From Nageia nagi (Eukaryota > Plantae > Pinophyta): a stretch of DNA of 64,000 nt. The stretch is taken from assembly GCA_050084985.1 (NCBI GenBank), contig JBITNC010000001.1:98704001-98768000 (forward strand), written 5' to 3'. The notes under the pieces are model-generated. The model was not told the DNA's origin and ran no database searches. It was given only the letters and a program-made list of their open reading frames with translations. This document shows positions 1 through 13,400 of this stretch, one piece after another (position 1 is the stretch's first letter; each line of letters starts with the position of its first letter). Made by a program: the position numbers and the translations under genes.

Positions 1-38
1 AAGTCCTCCATTTTTACCCTTTTCGTTCTTGCAAAACC

Positions 39-437
39 CTAATCCATAAAGTTATGTGTTGCTCCACCAACATTCAGGATGACTACATCTTCACCCAAAA
101 TATGTCCTAACACCTTAATTGTTAAAAATTGAGGAGTACAATGCAAAGTGGCCAAAGTAACTATAGTAGAAGTGCTTATCAATGGTGTAGAAATAGTGAC
201 ATTTTTGACTTGAGATGTGGCCACATTCAATGCTGCGTTTTCTTGTTCCTTGGCATCATAAAATTCTTCTTGGCATCTTTCAGATGATGTAGACTCCTTA
301 TCGGATTCCTCTTCCGAAACTACCTCAATATAGTGCACTTTCCCTTTACCAAGACATCTATGACCAGGCTCCCAGTGTTTCTTATAATCAAAACATAACT
401 TTTTTCTTCTTAACTCATTTCTAGAATTTTCATTCAA
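39..437 (-). pseudogene. gag C-terminal knuckle and aspartic protease remnant
   Basis: LRRKKLCF...WEPGHRC; VVILNVGGATHNFMD is a degenerate IDSGATHNF. Confidence 0.8.
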
Positions 438-675
438 CTTCCTATTACCTTGTGGGGGTGGGAATGGTCTCCTTGGAAAAGATTGTGTAGGAGGAAGAGG
501 AACTCTTGTAGATGAATTTGATGGATTACCCCTTTCAAAATTTTGTAGGTACGGACCCTTGAATGACTTGTTTGGGCAAGTTATGCATCAAGTATTATTT
601 CTGGGGGGAAGGTAGATTCTAACTTAAGAGCCTTTTGTATAGCACTCTCCAAATTTTTTGGTTCAAAAGCTTTTA

Positions 676-1380
676 CTAGACCTGTAAGTGGATCAATCCA
701 TCCATCAAAAACAAGTAAGTGACTCTACATGGAGAAATATTCTGTACCTGGATAGCAATCTTTTCAAACTTTTCTATGTACTCATGCAAGGAAGATGACT
801 GTTTTAATGTGGCCAATTCTTCAAAATATTCCTCAACATTCTTCCTCTCAAATGTGCCCAAAACTTTTGCATTGAAATCTTCAAATGTAGTCACTCTATC
901 ATGTCCTTGAGTAACAAGTCCATTGTGCCATCAATCATAGGCAACACCTTCCAAACTTAATGCAGTCAACTGTATTGCATCTTCTTCCGGTATGGGGTCC
1001 AAGGTGAAATAAATTTGTAGTTTTTGAAGCCATGCTCTAGCTGACAATCCATCCTTACTACCACTGAAAATAGGAATCTGAGTTTTCTGCTGCAATTTTT
1101 TATTTCTAGCCTCTTTCATGCCTGTAACGTTTTTACCAGCAATTCTGAGCCGTTTTTCAAAGTCGACCACTCTTCTAAATGCTTCAGATTTTAACATATA
1201 TTCAGCAAAAAACAATTCCAAAACACCTTCAATTTCTTGATCCGGAACTTGTTGAGTGAACATTGGTTTTGATTGCTTTGGCAATACACTAGTAGATGCC
1301 ACATGACTTGATGTTCTCCTATTTGGCTTTGGCAGAAGAACTGTAACTAGGGCAAGGAACCCTATGCTGAAGACACACAC
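676..1380 (-). pseudogene. retrotransposon gag, interrupted by a stop codon
   Basis: ORFs 931-1380 and 676-894 share a frame and are broken by TGA at the expected W of the AYDWWH motif. Confidence 0.85.
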
Positions 1381-1457
1381 ACCAGAGACAAGAACTCAGA
1401 AAGAATCATAATTGAGAAAGCTTCACAGAAGTTTGGATGTTTGCAAAAATCCAACCA

Positions 1458-1469
1458 GCTCTGGTACCA
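1458..1469 (-). promoter_or_regulatory. primer-binding site, tRNA-iMet type
   Basis: + strand GCTCTGGTACCA = minus TGGTACCAGAGC (consensus TGGTATCAGAGC), directly abutting the LTR CA end. Confidence 0.85.
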
Positions 1470-1755
1470 TGTGAAGATTTCCAAGGAGAGCAAATCACAC
1501 CCAAAAAAAGGAAACGCAAAGAGCACCACAAACAGCAAATGAAGCTGAAATTCTCAAATTGAATTCATTACGGAATGAGAATGGAGCCCAAATAAATAGG
1601 GCAAATACAAACTAATGTATAACAACTTGCCAACCATGCGGGCATGTAAATATGCACAAACTGAAAATAATCCTAGCACCACAACAAACTAGCTAGAGAA
1701 TAGTAAACCTAGGAAATAAATGAAAATAATCGTAAGTGAACTTAATACTCTAACA
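1470..1755 (-). repeat. 5' LTR (286 bp)
   Basis: TGT...ACA termini, PBS on one side, purine tract TTAAGGGCGG on the other. Confidence 0.75.
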
Positions 1756-1769
1756 CCGCCCTTAAGTGA

Positions 1770-4700
1770 ACAAGGAGATAAAGTGGCATATCCACAAAAA
1801 TGAGTTCCGACAACAAGGCCTGATCAGGTACTCATGTACAATATGTGCAAAGAATCTACTAAAAGATGATGAAAAAACCACATGGGAAAAAATCATCTCA
1901 CAATAGAAGAGGGAGGATGGAGAGGAAGATGTCCTCATCAATAGAAACTCTCCAGATGACAATGAGATAGTGGACATTGGGAACTATGATGATGATGAGG
2001 TCCAAATCGTTGGAGATAGGTGTGCTAGAGAGGTGGATGCCTCCAAACCCTTCCTTGTTGAGCATAGGAAAAAGTCCCCTTCCTCTTCGCATAAATCCTC
2101 GACAAAGAGAATGAGCCATGGAGGTCTCGTCAACCATGCAAAGGCATATCTATAGGTGGTGATGGATGAGATGAAGAGGACGAAGGAGAGATTGAGGAAC
2201 AGGAGAAGAAGAGAAGGCAGGAAGAGCACCAAGGTAAGGAGATTACCCTAGTTTAGACCACTCCAGCGAAAGAGGTCAAGAAGATCAACAAAGGACGATT
2301 GTTGGTACAAAGGTTTCCTCCCTAGCCAGCAAACGAGCATCCGGATGGTGACTTGGATGCTTGTCTTAGATCCCTCAGTATGAGTACGGCTCATGATGAA
2401 GATATAGAACATGATTTGCGCTTTGAAGATGAGGAAGAGGAGCTTTTGGATGGTGAAAAGATACGAAGGGTTGATACATTTGTCTCCACCTCCCAAAAGG
2501 AAATCTCCATCAACCATTGCTATTCAAAGGAGAAACATCCTCAAAGAGCAGAAGACTGTGTCATCGAAACATTCAAAATGCCGATGAAGTTAGGATTGAC
2601 AACCTGAAAACATATAGTTACTCAAAATGCTGCAATCACGGTGCAGGAGGGCTACGAAGCCAAGAAGGAAGTGAAGAAGCTAAAAAGGGAACTCACGACC
2701 AGCATGAATATCATTAGGGAATTCTAGAAGGTCAACACCACCCCCTTAGATTTGCAGAAGCAGACCTCCTTCCGTGAGGGATAAGAATTGATGAAGGAGC
2801 AGTTGAAGAAAGAAATGATGGAGGCTATGAGAGATTGTCTTCCTGAATTTACAAGTTCCTTGTTGAATGTGTGGAAATTAGGGACCTTAAGATGCAAATC
2901 TCTACACACCTTAGTACATTGAATAGCCATCTTCCCAACATTTTCCATTTGCAGCATGTTTACGTTGACAATCCTGAGAAGCTAGCCTATTGCCACGAGT
3001 TCACATACTACCACGATTGGCTGAATCATGCACTTGAAAAGTGCAATGCAGTCCTGAAGATTAGAATCCCCTTGAGAAAGGAGGTTGAGGAACAAATGAA
3101 TGAATATGCTTATCAGCTCAAGTTCCAAGGGGAGGACAACAGTGTGAGAAAGAAGGAGGCGGTATTGGCAGAGGCTCAGAACCTGATACAGGAGCATTTA
3201 GATATTGATGACCTTAGTTTGCTGAAGACAGAGCATCCTATTGTCGATAAAAGGCAAATGATCATCTAGAGACACCAAATGCAGGCTACATCAAAGAAGA
3301 TAGAGGACTACTTTCAGCAAAATGGTAGCACCGTTGGTATGATTTCCAGGGGCGTATGGAAGACTGTGGCGTTCTTGGGGGAGACCATTGAGTCATACGG
3401 TCTCACCAACGAGAAGTAGAACTCCGCCAATATCGGATTAGATTTGGTCTAGGTCTGATCCACCCGCTATTCTGTTTGTGGTATCTTTTCTTTTGTATAA
3501 ATGCATATTTGATGGTGGTTGTTATGTTAGACTCTATTCACTTGATTTGACTGAAGTAGGGATGAGTTTTTACTCCCACCAAGTCAAATTTATCAGACTC
3601 ATTTATGACTCTGATTGGTGCAGAGATGAGGCTTTGCTTTCGTCGGTTCAGGTGTCAGACCCTTTATTGCATATTTGATTTGCTTTTGAGTAGTTTTAGA
3701 AGTAGATTAAATGCATTTTGGTAGTGGCATCTATATTTTGGTAGACCTTTAAATGCCACTTGCATCATTTCATGAGAAAAATATGATTTTGTATTGGTAT
3801 GCGTGTCACGTGTGTGCACACCATATCAGATTTGATGACCTTAGGGCAACACTTCTAATGGCCTATTTATACTCCATCATGGCCATTTGGAAGAGGATTT
3901 TGCATTTGGAATACTACATGATGTTGAGAATATTACGCATATTTGCACATGTGAGACTGCATTTAATAGAAGTATGGAATATTGGAGATCTTCTGTTCTA
4001 AAATGCTGGTTTCAAGCCTTTACATGTGTAAGATTTTTGAATTTATTACAATCTAAAGCTTTTACATTCCATTGCATAGAGGTTTGCTGTATAAGGGGTT
4101 CTGTGCATGTTATTCATTGGATATCATTATGAATGTATTTCTTTTGTGGAATGAGATTATAAAGTTAATACTGTGAAGGATATCATTTGTGGGATTGTGC
4201 ATATTTGAATAACTTTCCTTTTGGAGTTGCATATTGAACATTCATTGAAGTGGTTTGAGTTGTTCTTTGCATGGTTTGCACGTAAGTGGATGTATTCTGA
4301 GGCTCATAGCATGTCTTTATACCATTCGGTTAGGTTCTTGTGCTCACACCCTCACTTCATTTATTTCTCCCCACCGAGTCTTCCACCAAGACCCTACAGC
4401 TTCTTGCTCTCATCTGGTAGTGATTTGAGCACATTTTGCTATTTGCTGCTCGGCTTGATAGTGAGTACGTTGACCTTAATGAATTTGAAGATGACCTGCT
4501 GAGACACTGCATCATTGGTGATACCTTCATAAGTTTAGCTTTCCCTGTATTCCTTTGCATTTATCCTTGTGTTTGTCCCTACATTTGTGATCTTTCTTCG
4601 CTTTCGTTCACATTTGTATTCTTTCCTTATTGTGGAAAAGAACTCCGACATTTTATTTCCCTTGTATATGGTTAACAACATGCATATCTGATTACTGTGC

Positions 4701-4821
4701 CTTCATGACCATATTCCATGTGAGTGCTTGGGGTAACCAATCCTTTCATGCAGAAACAATTAACGCTGTTTCCTCTAAGTCTTGTGCATGTTTTGGACTA
4801 GGAAAGAAAAACATACCAACA
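1770..4821 (+). mobile_element. Unit Z: 3' part of a TGTTG...CAACA gene-carrying unit (divergent subfamily)
   Basis: Decayed acidic/coiled-coil ORF pieces (1970-3420), family hairpin with GATGAGTTTTTACTCCCAC loop at ~3547-3590, family terminus GGAAAGAAAAACATACCAACA ending at 4821; 5' end not in the window; left boundary approximate. Confidence 0.65.
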
Positions 4822-7073
4822 ACTTGAACCCAGCTTATGCTCCTTGATGGAATTAGCATTGAGTCAACGAGGGGGAAAGAGGGGTTGGTATTCATAGGTA
4901 TTGGCATTGTTGGCCAACATTCAAATATAGATCAACATGCTCCCTCCTTACAGACTTTCATTGGGAGCCCCTCCTCACATCCTACCTTGGAATATGGAGA
5001 AGATACATGATGAGATTTTGAAGGATATCAATCACCAATACACTAGTTGCACATGGATCTTCCTTGCCACCCCTCTCTCCCCCAAGTTATCTTTCTATCA
5101 TGAGCACTTTCTGTGGATATGAAATAGATGTTTCCTCTATGATACCTTAAGTCACTTATGAAGCATGGCCTATGGATCTTGATTGGATAGCTTCATGTCA
5201 AGTCGGATCACCAGTTATTGAGGGACATGCAAATCTGTCTATTTTTCCCTTTTGGAGAAGTGGAAACCTATACCACTTCAATTTTTGTGCCCCATCTAGT
5301 ATGAGATAGGAGGCAAATTTCATTACCTTTTTTGGGATAGTTTGTGATATCAATCCACCTTCTTTAGATACTTTGATTAACGATGTCTTGCACTTTACAT
5401 CAAGGAGTTGACTTAGTTTCATTGATAAAGGAATTCCCCCTAGTGGTTTGTGACCTTCACAAATGTAGCCCATCATGGAATACTTCACCATTAAAGATGG
5501 ATAGAGAGGGAGTAATGGATAGAGAGGGAGTATTGGATGAAACTGTCATAAATTGGACCACATAGATAAAGACAAGGCTATTAGGCAATACACCCATATG
5601 TCTTTAGAGATCCAAAGGAGTGATGGACAAAGATATATTATTGACTTTTATAATATTGACTCTTTGACCTTGATTGATAGGATAGACTGGTATCTAGGTA
5701 AGGAGTGAGTGCCCTAGAGAGATGTTTCTTCCTCTCACTCTTTGTCCTTCCGAAGAGCATTATGCATAGCTTGGTTGGGTTATGGATTGTAGCCTCTCTC
5801 TCACCCTCCTACTTCCTTCTTACTCTTCTTGGTATGCTTCTTTGTGATGTGCCTTTCTTAAGTTTTCATCAAGTTTATGTTCATGTGCATTTTGTCAAAC
5901 AGATTCAAATCATTCATAGTTCATTGGCATTTAATCAAACACTTTGCATTTCATTCACATAGTGTTGGTATTATAACAAACACTTGGCAAATAACCAGTA
6001 GCAGTCTAATGGAACAACAAATGCAATATAGAATGCCAAAATGAACTAGCTTCTATTTCCTCAAAGGGAGAGAGAGCCAATATTTGCAATCTATAACTCA
6101 CAGTTCACAAAATAGAGGGCTGTTGTGCATGCTTTTTGAACAGGAAAGTCTGTTGTATAACTCCTTATTGCTGGTCGTTCATGCTTCTGTAATTGAAGTG
6201 ATCAGCATTGTGGTTAAACAGTCAACATTGGCAAAGTTTGCAGTGTATACTCCTTAAGGGCTGCTGTGCAAGATGGCTGTATAAAACTGCAGCAGATGAA
6301 GACTCCTTAGTGGCCGATAGATGTGAAGCCCTCAAAATGTAAATGGAACATAAAGTGGCTGGCGGCAGGCTGGCTGAGTATGTTGTGCTTCCAAAACTGA
6401 GTATAAAGTGCATTAGAACATCAATCCACTCCTTAAACTCCTTCACATTGAACTTCAAAGTAACAACCCTAGTTCTCCATAGTCTCCATGAAAACTGATC
6501 CGTAAGCACATTTGTAAATCGTGGGTAGATTTACCACTGAAAGACTAAAGGGGTTTCATCCTTAGCCTTGAATCCTAGAGAGTTTTCGTTCTCTGGATTG
6601 TCTCTTGTAGGGTTTCATCCACAAGAGGGTTTCAGCTTTGAGAACCAAACTCAATGAGATAAGAAAGTGTGATGTCATAATGACCAAATAAGCCTTGGGA
6701 TCCCTTTTTAAAAACCATACTCTTCTAATTTTTCATTGAGGGGGTGAAACCCTAAAATAACTTAAAGCACTTTTTTAATATTTTATTATTTGCTTATATC
6801 CCCTTGGCACTTTATTAAATATTTAAAACTCACATGACCCTTATAGCTCCCCCTTTATTATTTAACTTTATTTTCCTACCAAAAGCCACATTTAATGAAA
6901 TTAACACCACACTTACTAAAAATAACCTTATAACTCATAAAAATAAGATATTATGTCCCTAACACACATTGGTCCTTTTTTTTTTAATATTCATTTGTCT
7001 AAGGCCACCTAAAGTACTATCTCACCACACCATAACTATGTACAAGGGGGAATCCAAAAAATAGGTCATTACA
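4822..7073 (-). repeat. LTR-like remnant
   Basis: Ends GGTCATTACA at 7073 (TGTAATGACC on minus, a common gypsy LTR terminus); other boundary and TSD not found. Confidence 0.35.
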
Positions 7074-9116
7074 TTCTTTGTTCATTACATTGTATATGCC
7101 TTTGATGGGTGCTTGAGCCTTCTCACTTGTTCTCATTGTGACATCCTTTTCATAGTCCCTTGGGCAATTTTTGGCCCATTGTGGACATTAATAGTATTTT
7201 ATTTCATTCTATTGACTTGCAAACATATGTGGACCAGTACAAACTCAAAGTCCAAACAATATTGGTAAACTGGGATTCACCTATCATTAGTTGCAAACCC
7301 TCATTCTAGTGAGCGTATACCCTCTGTCAGAACTACATCTATCCCGTTGAGATGGTTGAATAGCCACATAATGCACTAGGCAATTAGAAAGGTACCCTAT
7401 GAAAGCCATGCAAGTTGTAACCAAGATGACCACTCTTTGTACGGTTAGGTTGCTTCTATATTTTCAAGCATTTAATTTATATTTTCCGTTGGACTTCTTA
7501 GCTTCATTGGCTGGGACATCCTGCTCTCTAGGAACATTTTGTGTAGGAAAAACATTCTTTAGCAAGAACTATAGATGGCCATGAAGTTCTGAATCTGGGC
7601 TGATCAACTTTCTGTAAGCATTTTTAATTTTTTATGATATATATTAGATGAGTTGGGATTCCTTCAGAGGTCTTTTATTGTGTTCTTCTCATCCAAATGC
7701 ATTGCACACGCCCTAGAATTCTCCAACAGTATTTTGTCATGACTTCTGCACAATTTTCCATCCAGCTCCATAGCATTTTGTTTTGAAATTTCAGCCAAGT
7801 TATGAACATTGAAGTAGTGGTCTGTGACTCGGAAGTGCCCAACTATTTCAGAGCACAACACACCAGATACTGACCTGTAAGTTAGAGTTTGTGGAGAAAT
7901 ATATTCCATTAGTTTGTAGAGAAATATATTCCATTCGTTGTTCAATTTACAGTCTCTGAATCTACCCTTGGTCTTCCTAAAGCAATTCTGCCAATGTAAG
8001 GCTATACATTCCCTGATGATGGTTTGGGCCTCCTGGGAGGTATTTTGAGGGTGCTGGGAACCGCAGAGAGCTCCCACAAAGAGTTCTCTTCCTCCATCAC
8101 CTATAACACCATCCCAAACTGGTTCAAATTGTTGGAGTATACGTCCATATCACATCCATTATCTTTAGGGATCAGCTAGATACTTTGGGAGGAACCTTCC
8201 CTACTCCAAGGTGACCTGCAAGATCCTTACTGCTCTAAATGGTCCCTGATCTCCATGACTAATTCTCTTGTGTGTCTCCTCATGTCTTTGATCTCCACGA
8301 CACTCTTAGGACTGTTATGAGTTTTCCCCATGGCTTGCAGTGGTTACCTATGGCCTTTGATGGTTCCACATCGGTCACCATTCCTCTTCCATATCCACAT
8401 TGGACTACTCCACCTCCTGAACACTGTACTGTATGTATAAGGGATCCTTTTGGGTTGACCCTTGTAGAAGAATTTGAAGTATTGAGTAAATATACTCTTT
8501 ATTTTTCAACATAGCGCACTCTTTAGGGTTGGGTTCTTTTGGTACTCTTAAATCAGAGTATTGATATAGTCTGCCCGGCATTCAAAAATTAAAGTAATTC
8601 TGCATCAAAAGTTCCACTTTCATTCAAAGAATGAAGCATTTTCTGGTCTTATCTGCAGAATTTGAATTAAAACTCGTCCTTAATGGTGCATCGATTGTAC
8701 TTATTAATGAGACTCACTAATAAAAATAGTAGTTGGGCTTATTATTATTTAAAGCTGATAAGCAATAAATAAGACCCTATATTTCTATTTGGGGGCTAAG
8801 ATGATATGGGTAATTCTGTAGAACTTTCCCTCGGTCCAATTGGTTGCTGATGCTACTGTCCATCTGTCCTAATATTTTATCTCTTTAAACATATGTTGTT
8901 GTATCTTATATGCATTAAATATGATAATAATAACTTTTCAGTTTTCTCGTATACTGTGAACAGTAATTTAACTGACGTTTTCTAGTAGTTTACATTATTG
9001 TTTGTGCATGGGACTGGAAGAAATCATTTTCAAATAACTCCAATCTTATGTTTGACTAAAATATTTATTTCTATACTAGTCTTTAGTAACATTAATTCTT
9101 TATTTCGATTTTACAG

Positions 9117-9540
9117 ACAGGATCTTGCAAACATTGTCAGACGACGAGGATACAAGGCTATAGCTCAGCTTCTGACACAGCCTCAGGAAATTTGTACTAC
9201 AGAAAATGCAGAAAAGAACACATATAGTAGTCCGAATGTAAATCTTGAGGAGTTCAAAGACCTTGAATGCTCTCAGTCAGTGCAATCATCCAATGCACAT
9301 CTTCATGACGACATTGATACTTCAGATGGACCTGGCAATTTCCAAGAACGAACTTGCAATCTTCAATCATATATTCCCGAAATACTTGGTCATTGGCTAA
9401 AAGCCCCCTCACTATTTATGGTGTTGATGCTGTTCATCTGGTTAAAAGCAACTCAAGTTATACCTCAAAGTCCTCTTATATGTATCTACGTGAAAGGGCA
9501 GCAAATTTTGTTAGGACTGGAGATCTCGATGATATTGAAA
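9117..9540 (+). CDS. PTST3: internal exon of PROTEIN TARGETING TO STARCH 3-like gene; contains an apparent frameshift
   Basis: Acceptor ttttacag|A; (R)QDLANIVRRRGYKAIAQLL and LRERAANFVRTGDLDDIE match the two conserved PTST3 blocks as I recall them (DLANIVRRRGYK; LEEKVAKFIQNGDLD); donor GAAA|GTAAGT at 9540/9541. Confidence 0.82.
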
Positions 9541-10469
9541 GTAAGTAAAATGTTTGAATGATAAATAACCTTCATTAGGAACATATCTGTTGAAATGATG
9601 TCATTTTTTCTATTTGTTTGAGTTTTCTTTTTCGTCTTTTGTAATTCATGGGATTTGATATTTGTAAAAAGAAAAGCTTATGTCGTACAAGATTCTGTAA
9701 TCGGGTGATTCTGCTGAAATTACCATTGCTGGGTCAGTGTGTTGGATAGAGTTGGTAATATTGAGTTTATGTTGTTGAATAAAGCATGTAAGAAAGCGTA
9801 GTGGATTGAAGCCCACAAAGTTTGTCCTATTCCACACAATGTTGAATAGAAATAATATGAAATAGAAATAATATTAATGTCCTCGGGTGACCAAAATAGG
9901 TCAATGGGACTCGAAAAAGTACAATCCAGCTAAATGTAGGGAATGTGGCGGTGAGAAACCCCAGAAATCGAAAAAACAAAAGCAAGAAGAACTAAAGCTA
10001 CACTACATTACATCGAAAACCCAAAAGACCAACATCCTTAATCATCACATGTAGGTCCGTTTGCTTTAGGTACAAAGGGCCCCAAACTGGAGGGGCTAAG
10101 CAAGGTTCTTGAGTCTCGCTCAACATCTAAGACCAAAGGATCACCCGTGGAGGAGAAAAAGCCAGTGATGTACGTCTGTCGTTCGAGCTGAGATTGTCTA
10201 GTAGTGGTTCGAGGGGCAAGATGATGTCATGTCGATCTGAGCTCATGTGTATGGGAAGAGTATCATCTGGAGGGTGTTTCCTATCCGTGGACTCGAGGTA
10301 GGCTGGAAGAACGAATTGATCAACTTGGTGGTTTGAGGGGCCTTCGCGAATCTCTGTAGGGATGCTTGCCTGAAAAGAGTAATCTCATGCACGAAGAGTG
10401 CTAGACATTCTGGTTAGGGTATCGAAAGAAGGTGGATACCGAGCCTTGAGATTCTTTGAACAAGTATTA

Positions 10470-12640
10470 ATATCGCCCTTGGATCTCATAGTTGATGGGA
10501 CATCTGAAGATTAGGTGCTCCTCGTTCTCTACCTCATGGAGAGAACAAAGTCGACAAGTCCTACCCGATGGTCAGTCTTGATACGAAGCTGGTGTGAGCA
10601 AACTCGAAGCTGGCCGAGAGGAACCCTCAACCCGAAAGACCATTGGTATTGGAGGTAGGTCGGCATGACAATGAGGCCATCAATGAGCTGCAGAAAATGC
10701 TCAGCATAGAAACTTAGGGTTGAGAGGATGTGGAGGAGAAATCCAAGTGACCCAAATATAGCGGCAATAGATATCCTCTCTGATAGATCAATGGAGCGTC
10801 ACCCTTGAGGGTCATGGGGTAGCTAGCGTGGGCTGAAGGATGGGAGCCGATTGTCGAAATGCCCATCAATTGTAGTATCAGATCAACCTTGGAGTACCAA
10901 CACCGTCTAAGCCTAGTAGTGCCAAGTGATGCAATCCTCTCTGATGAGCATAAAGCAAGAAAATGATACCTCTCACGGCCAGTGGCAAGTCACCAAACTG
11001 TTTGAGTCTGTGTATTAAGACGAAGCGGCGGGACGACAAACTCACTCTAAACAATGCACTGTGGAACTGTCCGCTTATAGCGGATCATATGTTGGAGCAT
11101 GATGGTCTAAACTCTCTCAATAGTGACCATTCAACCTGCCCACAGCTAGGATCCCAAACCTCCGAACCATAGAGAACGGTAGGTGTGATGAGGTTATCAA
11201 ACAAGTGTATCTTCGAAGGGATGTCCTAGAAGTGTATCTGAAAGCATTGGTCGCTCCAAGACGGAGAGTGTAGCGTATCCCTTGCTGAGACGTGTCTGTG
11301 AGGTTGGCTTCAAGTTGAAAGATGGCTCAGAGAACTGAACTCCCAAGTAAGTGTAAGCAGTGGAAATTTCAACCATCTCACCTCTATAGTAAAAATGGAA
11401 GCTGGATAGAGTAGCCCTAGAGGTATTAAAGACCATGGCCTTGGTTTTACTAAGGTTAACTGTGAGTTGTTTTTGGTCACAAAAAATGGCAAGAGGGTCC
11501 AACTATCTCTGGAGGCCCTCTAGGGAGTGCGATAGGAGGATCACATCATCCGCAAAAAGTAGTATAGCAATTTGAATATGGTAGAGTAGAAAACTATCAT
11601 CTGCATCTGTGTAGCCGGAGGAAGTCTTCAAGGTCATCAATATATAAGCCAAAGAGAGTGGGTGATAGAGAGCACCCTTGCTTAACCCCAATAGTGCTAG
11701 AGACCTTGTCGGTAAAACCATTGGCTATCCGAAAACGACCTACAACTGTCTCATGGAGTCTTAAGATGGAAGTTACAAAGGTATCAGAGATACCAATAGT
11801 CTGTAGTTTTTGGAAGAGTAGATGTTGCGGGATTGTGTCGAAGGCCTTCTTGAAGTCAACAAAACAACAGAATACCTTAGAGACCCTGTCAAGCTTCCTC
11901 AATGATAGCTCGAAGCGTGAAAATATGGTCTATAGTCTAAAAATCTCTCCACTACACTCACTCTTCCATTGTGGGCAAAATAGTGAATCCATTGGAGTTA
12001 GGAAAGCACGAGAGCCCATTAAGAATGAAGAGACCATGTGACCTAGCAAGGTGAAGTAGGTGTCGGCCATAGGCTATAACGGGAGCATTCCTATCTGCTG
12101 ATGTCCTCTACATGCCACAATCATATAGTCCTGTTCTTGTGTACAAAACGCATCATCCTCTAGCTCATGTATAGGTGTCTGACAAGCCCCTGTCCTGGCA
12201 TTAAAATCTCCTAAGATGATGATATCTCCCATGGGAGAAAAATGTGTGCTGTCCTTGTAGAGGTCTATGAAATGGCCTCCATCTGTGTGAAGAGCATACG
12301 AAGAGGAGGCAGGTGGGAAGTAGCAAACAACGAGGAAGACATCTCGATCAATATGAAGGCCACTTCGAATCTTGATCCACATGAATCGTGAGTGGGGATT
12401 TGTTGATATTAGGGAGATGCAAGAACGAAGGGCATCTCGGATGAGACAGGCTACGCCTTTTGAGCCACGGACCCCTCCTATGCATTGAGTGTCCTGTCTG
12501 GATGCTGAAGGCCAATAGAAACTTGTGATGTTGGGGAGTGCTCGTTTGTGAGTCTTTGTAAGAAAGATAAGGTCTCGAGAAGATATCACATCCTGGAAGG
12601 TGCCTGGTGAGGACCACAGTGCACCATTACAATTCCAACA
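10470..12640 (-). pseudogene. LINE ORF2 (endonuclease - reverse transcriptase - C-terminal zinc finger), frameshifted
   Basis: ORFs 12074-12589, 11597-11902, 11503-11721, 11197-11502; zinc finger read at ~10480-10565. Confidence 0.85.
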
Positions 12641-12776
12641 AGTAATGTTGACCCTATCATTGCGTATCGAGACTCGAGAACACCGTCATGCAGGAGGCCA
12701 AGGACGTGACCACCAAGATGGAGGGAGTCATGAATCACAGCTCTATAGTCACGAATAACAACTCATCTATTTGGAG

Positions 12777-13400
12777 TTATGTGAGATCTTCATCCAAATA
12801 AATTTTGTTGAGAGAGAACAAGTTTTTCTTGGCTCGCAGGGCTTGTAAACGGTCACTAGTTATTTGAAATTTGATAACAAGAGTATCATCCAGTGTAGTC
12901 CAAGCTTTCTCTAGGCTTATATCTTTCAGGTCCAAAGTGTCATAAAGGAATGAGTTCCCAACTTGCGAGGGAGTAGTGGTTTTGGGGAGGCCACGGACTC
13001 GAAGGTTGAATCCCTTGGCATGGCAAACTTTTTCTTCTGCAAATTTGGTCTGAAAAGCCAAGTCCACAATAGGGGAAGTCTTCTTACCCTCAGCTACCTG
13101 AACCCAAGAGTTTTGCACTTGTACTTGTTTCTGTAGAGATTGTTGTTGAACACTCGTTTCTTGCTTAAGTTGTTCATGCTATGATAAAAGTGCAGATTGT
13201 TGTTCTTTAAGCTTTGCTTGGATGGATGAGAGCTCATCTTGGAGGCTTGCGTGGGGCAGATTTGGGGCTATTTGTAGATCTTGAATCAAGGCTGCTTGAT
13301 TTGCCAATCGGGACTGTAAAGAGCTGATGAACTTTTGTTGGTTGTTGGAGACTGTCAAGAGTGATGCAATCTGTTCAAAGAGAGTATTGTTTCTCCATTA
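12777..13400 (-). pseudogene. LINE ORF1 (coiled coil + RRM-like)
   Basis: Q/L-rich heptad region 13120-13380, then NLRVRGLP and IYLDEDLT motifs. Confidence 0.7.

Larger units (their letters stand above)
1..1755 (-). mobile_element. Ty3/gypsy LTR retrotransposon, 5' portion (LTR-PBS-gag-protease), decayed; continues off the window
   Basis: On the minus strand: LTR 1755-1470 (TGTTAGAG...CTTCACA), immediately followed by PBS TGGTACCAGAGC, gag motifs (IPIFSGS..ARAWLQK..LEGVAYD; LATLKQ..HEYIEKFE), zinc-knuckle remnant LCF..KKHWEPGHRC and protease motif variant GGATHNFMD. Confidence 0.9.

Noticed and set aside
7664-8077. Possible decayed LRR/NLR gene fragments (also ~6200-6500 and 33050-33600, minus strand)
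   Set aside because: Only faint resemblance (e.g. WKSLPENF); no sustained motif I can support without a TBLASTN/HMM search.
8998-9561. 187-aa ORF as a stand-alone gene
   Set aside because: Begins in intron sequence and its last third is out of frame with the conserved block.
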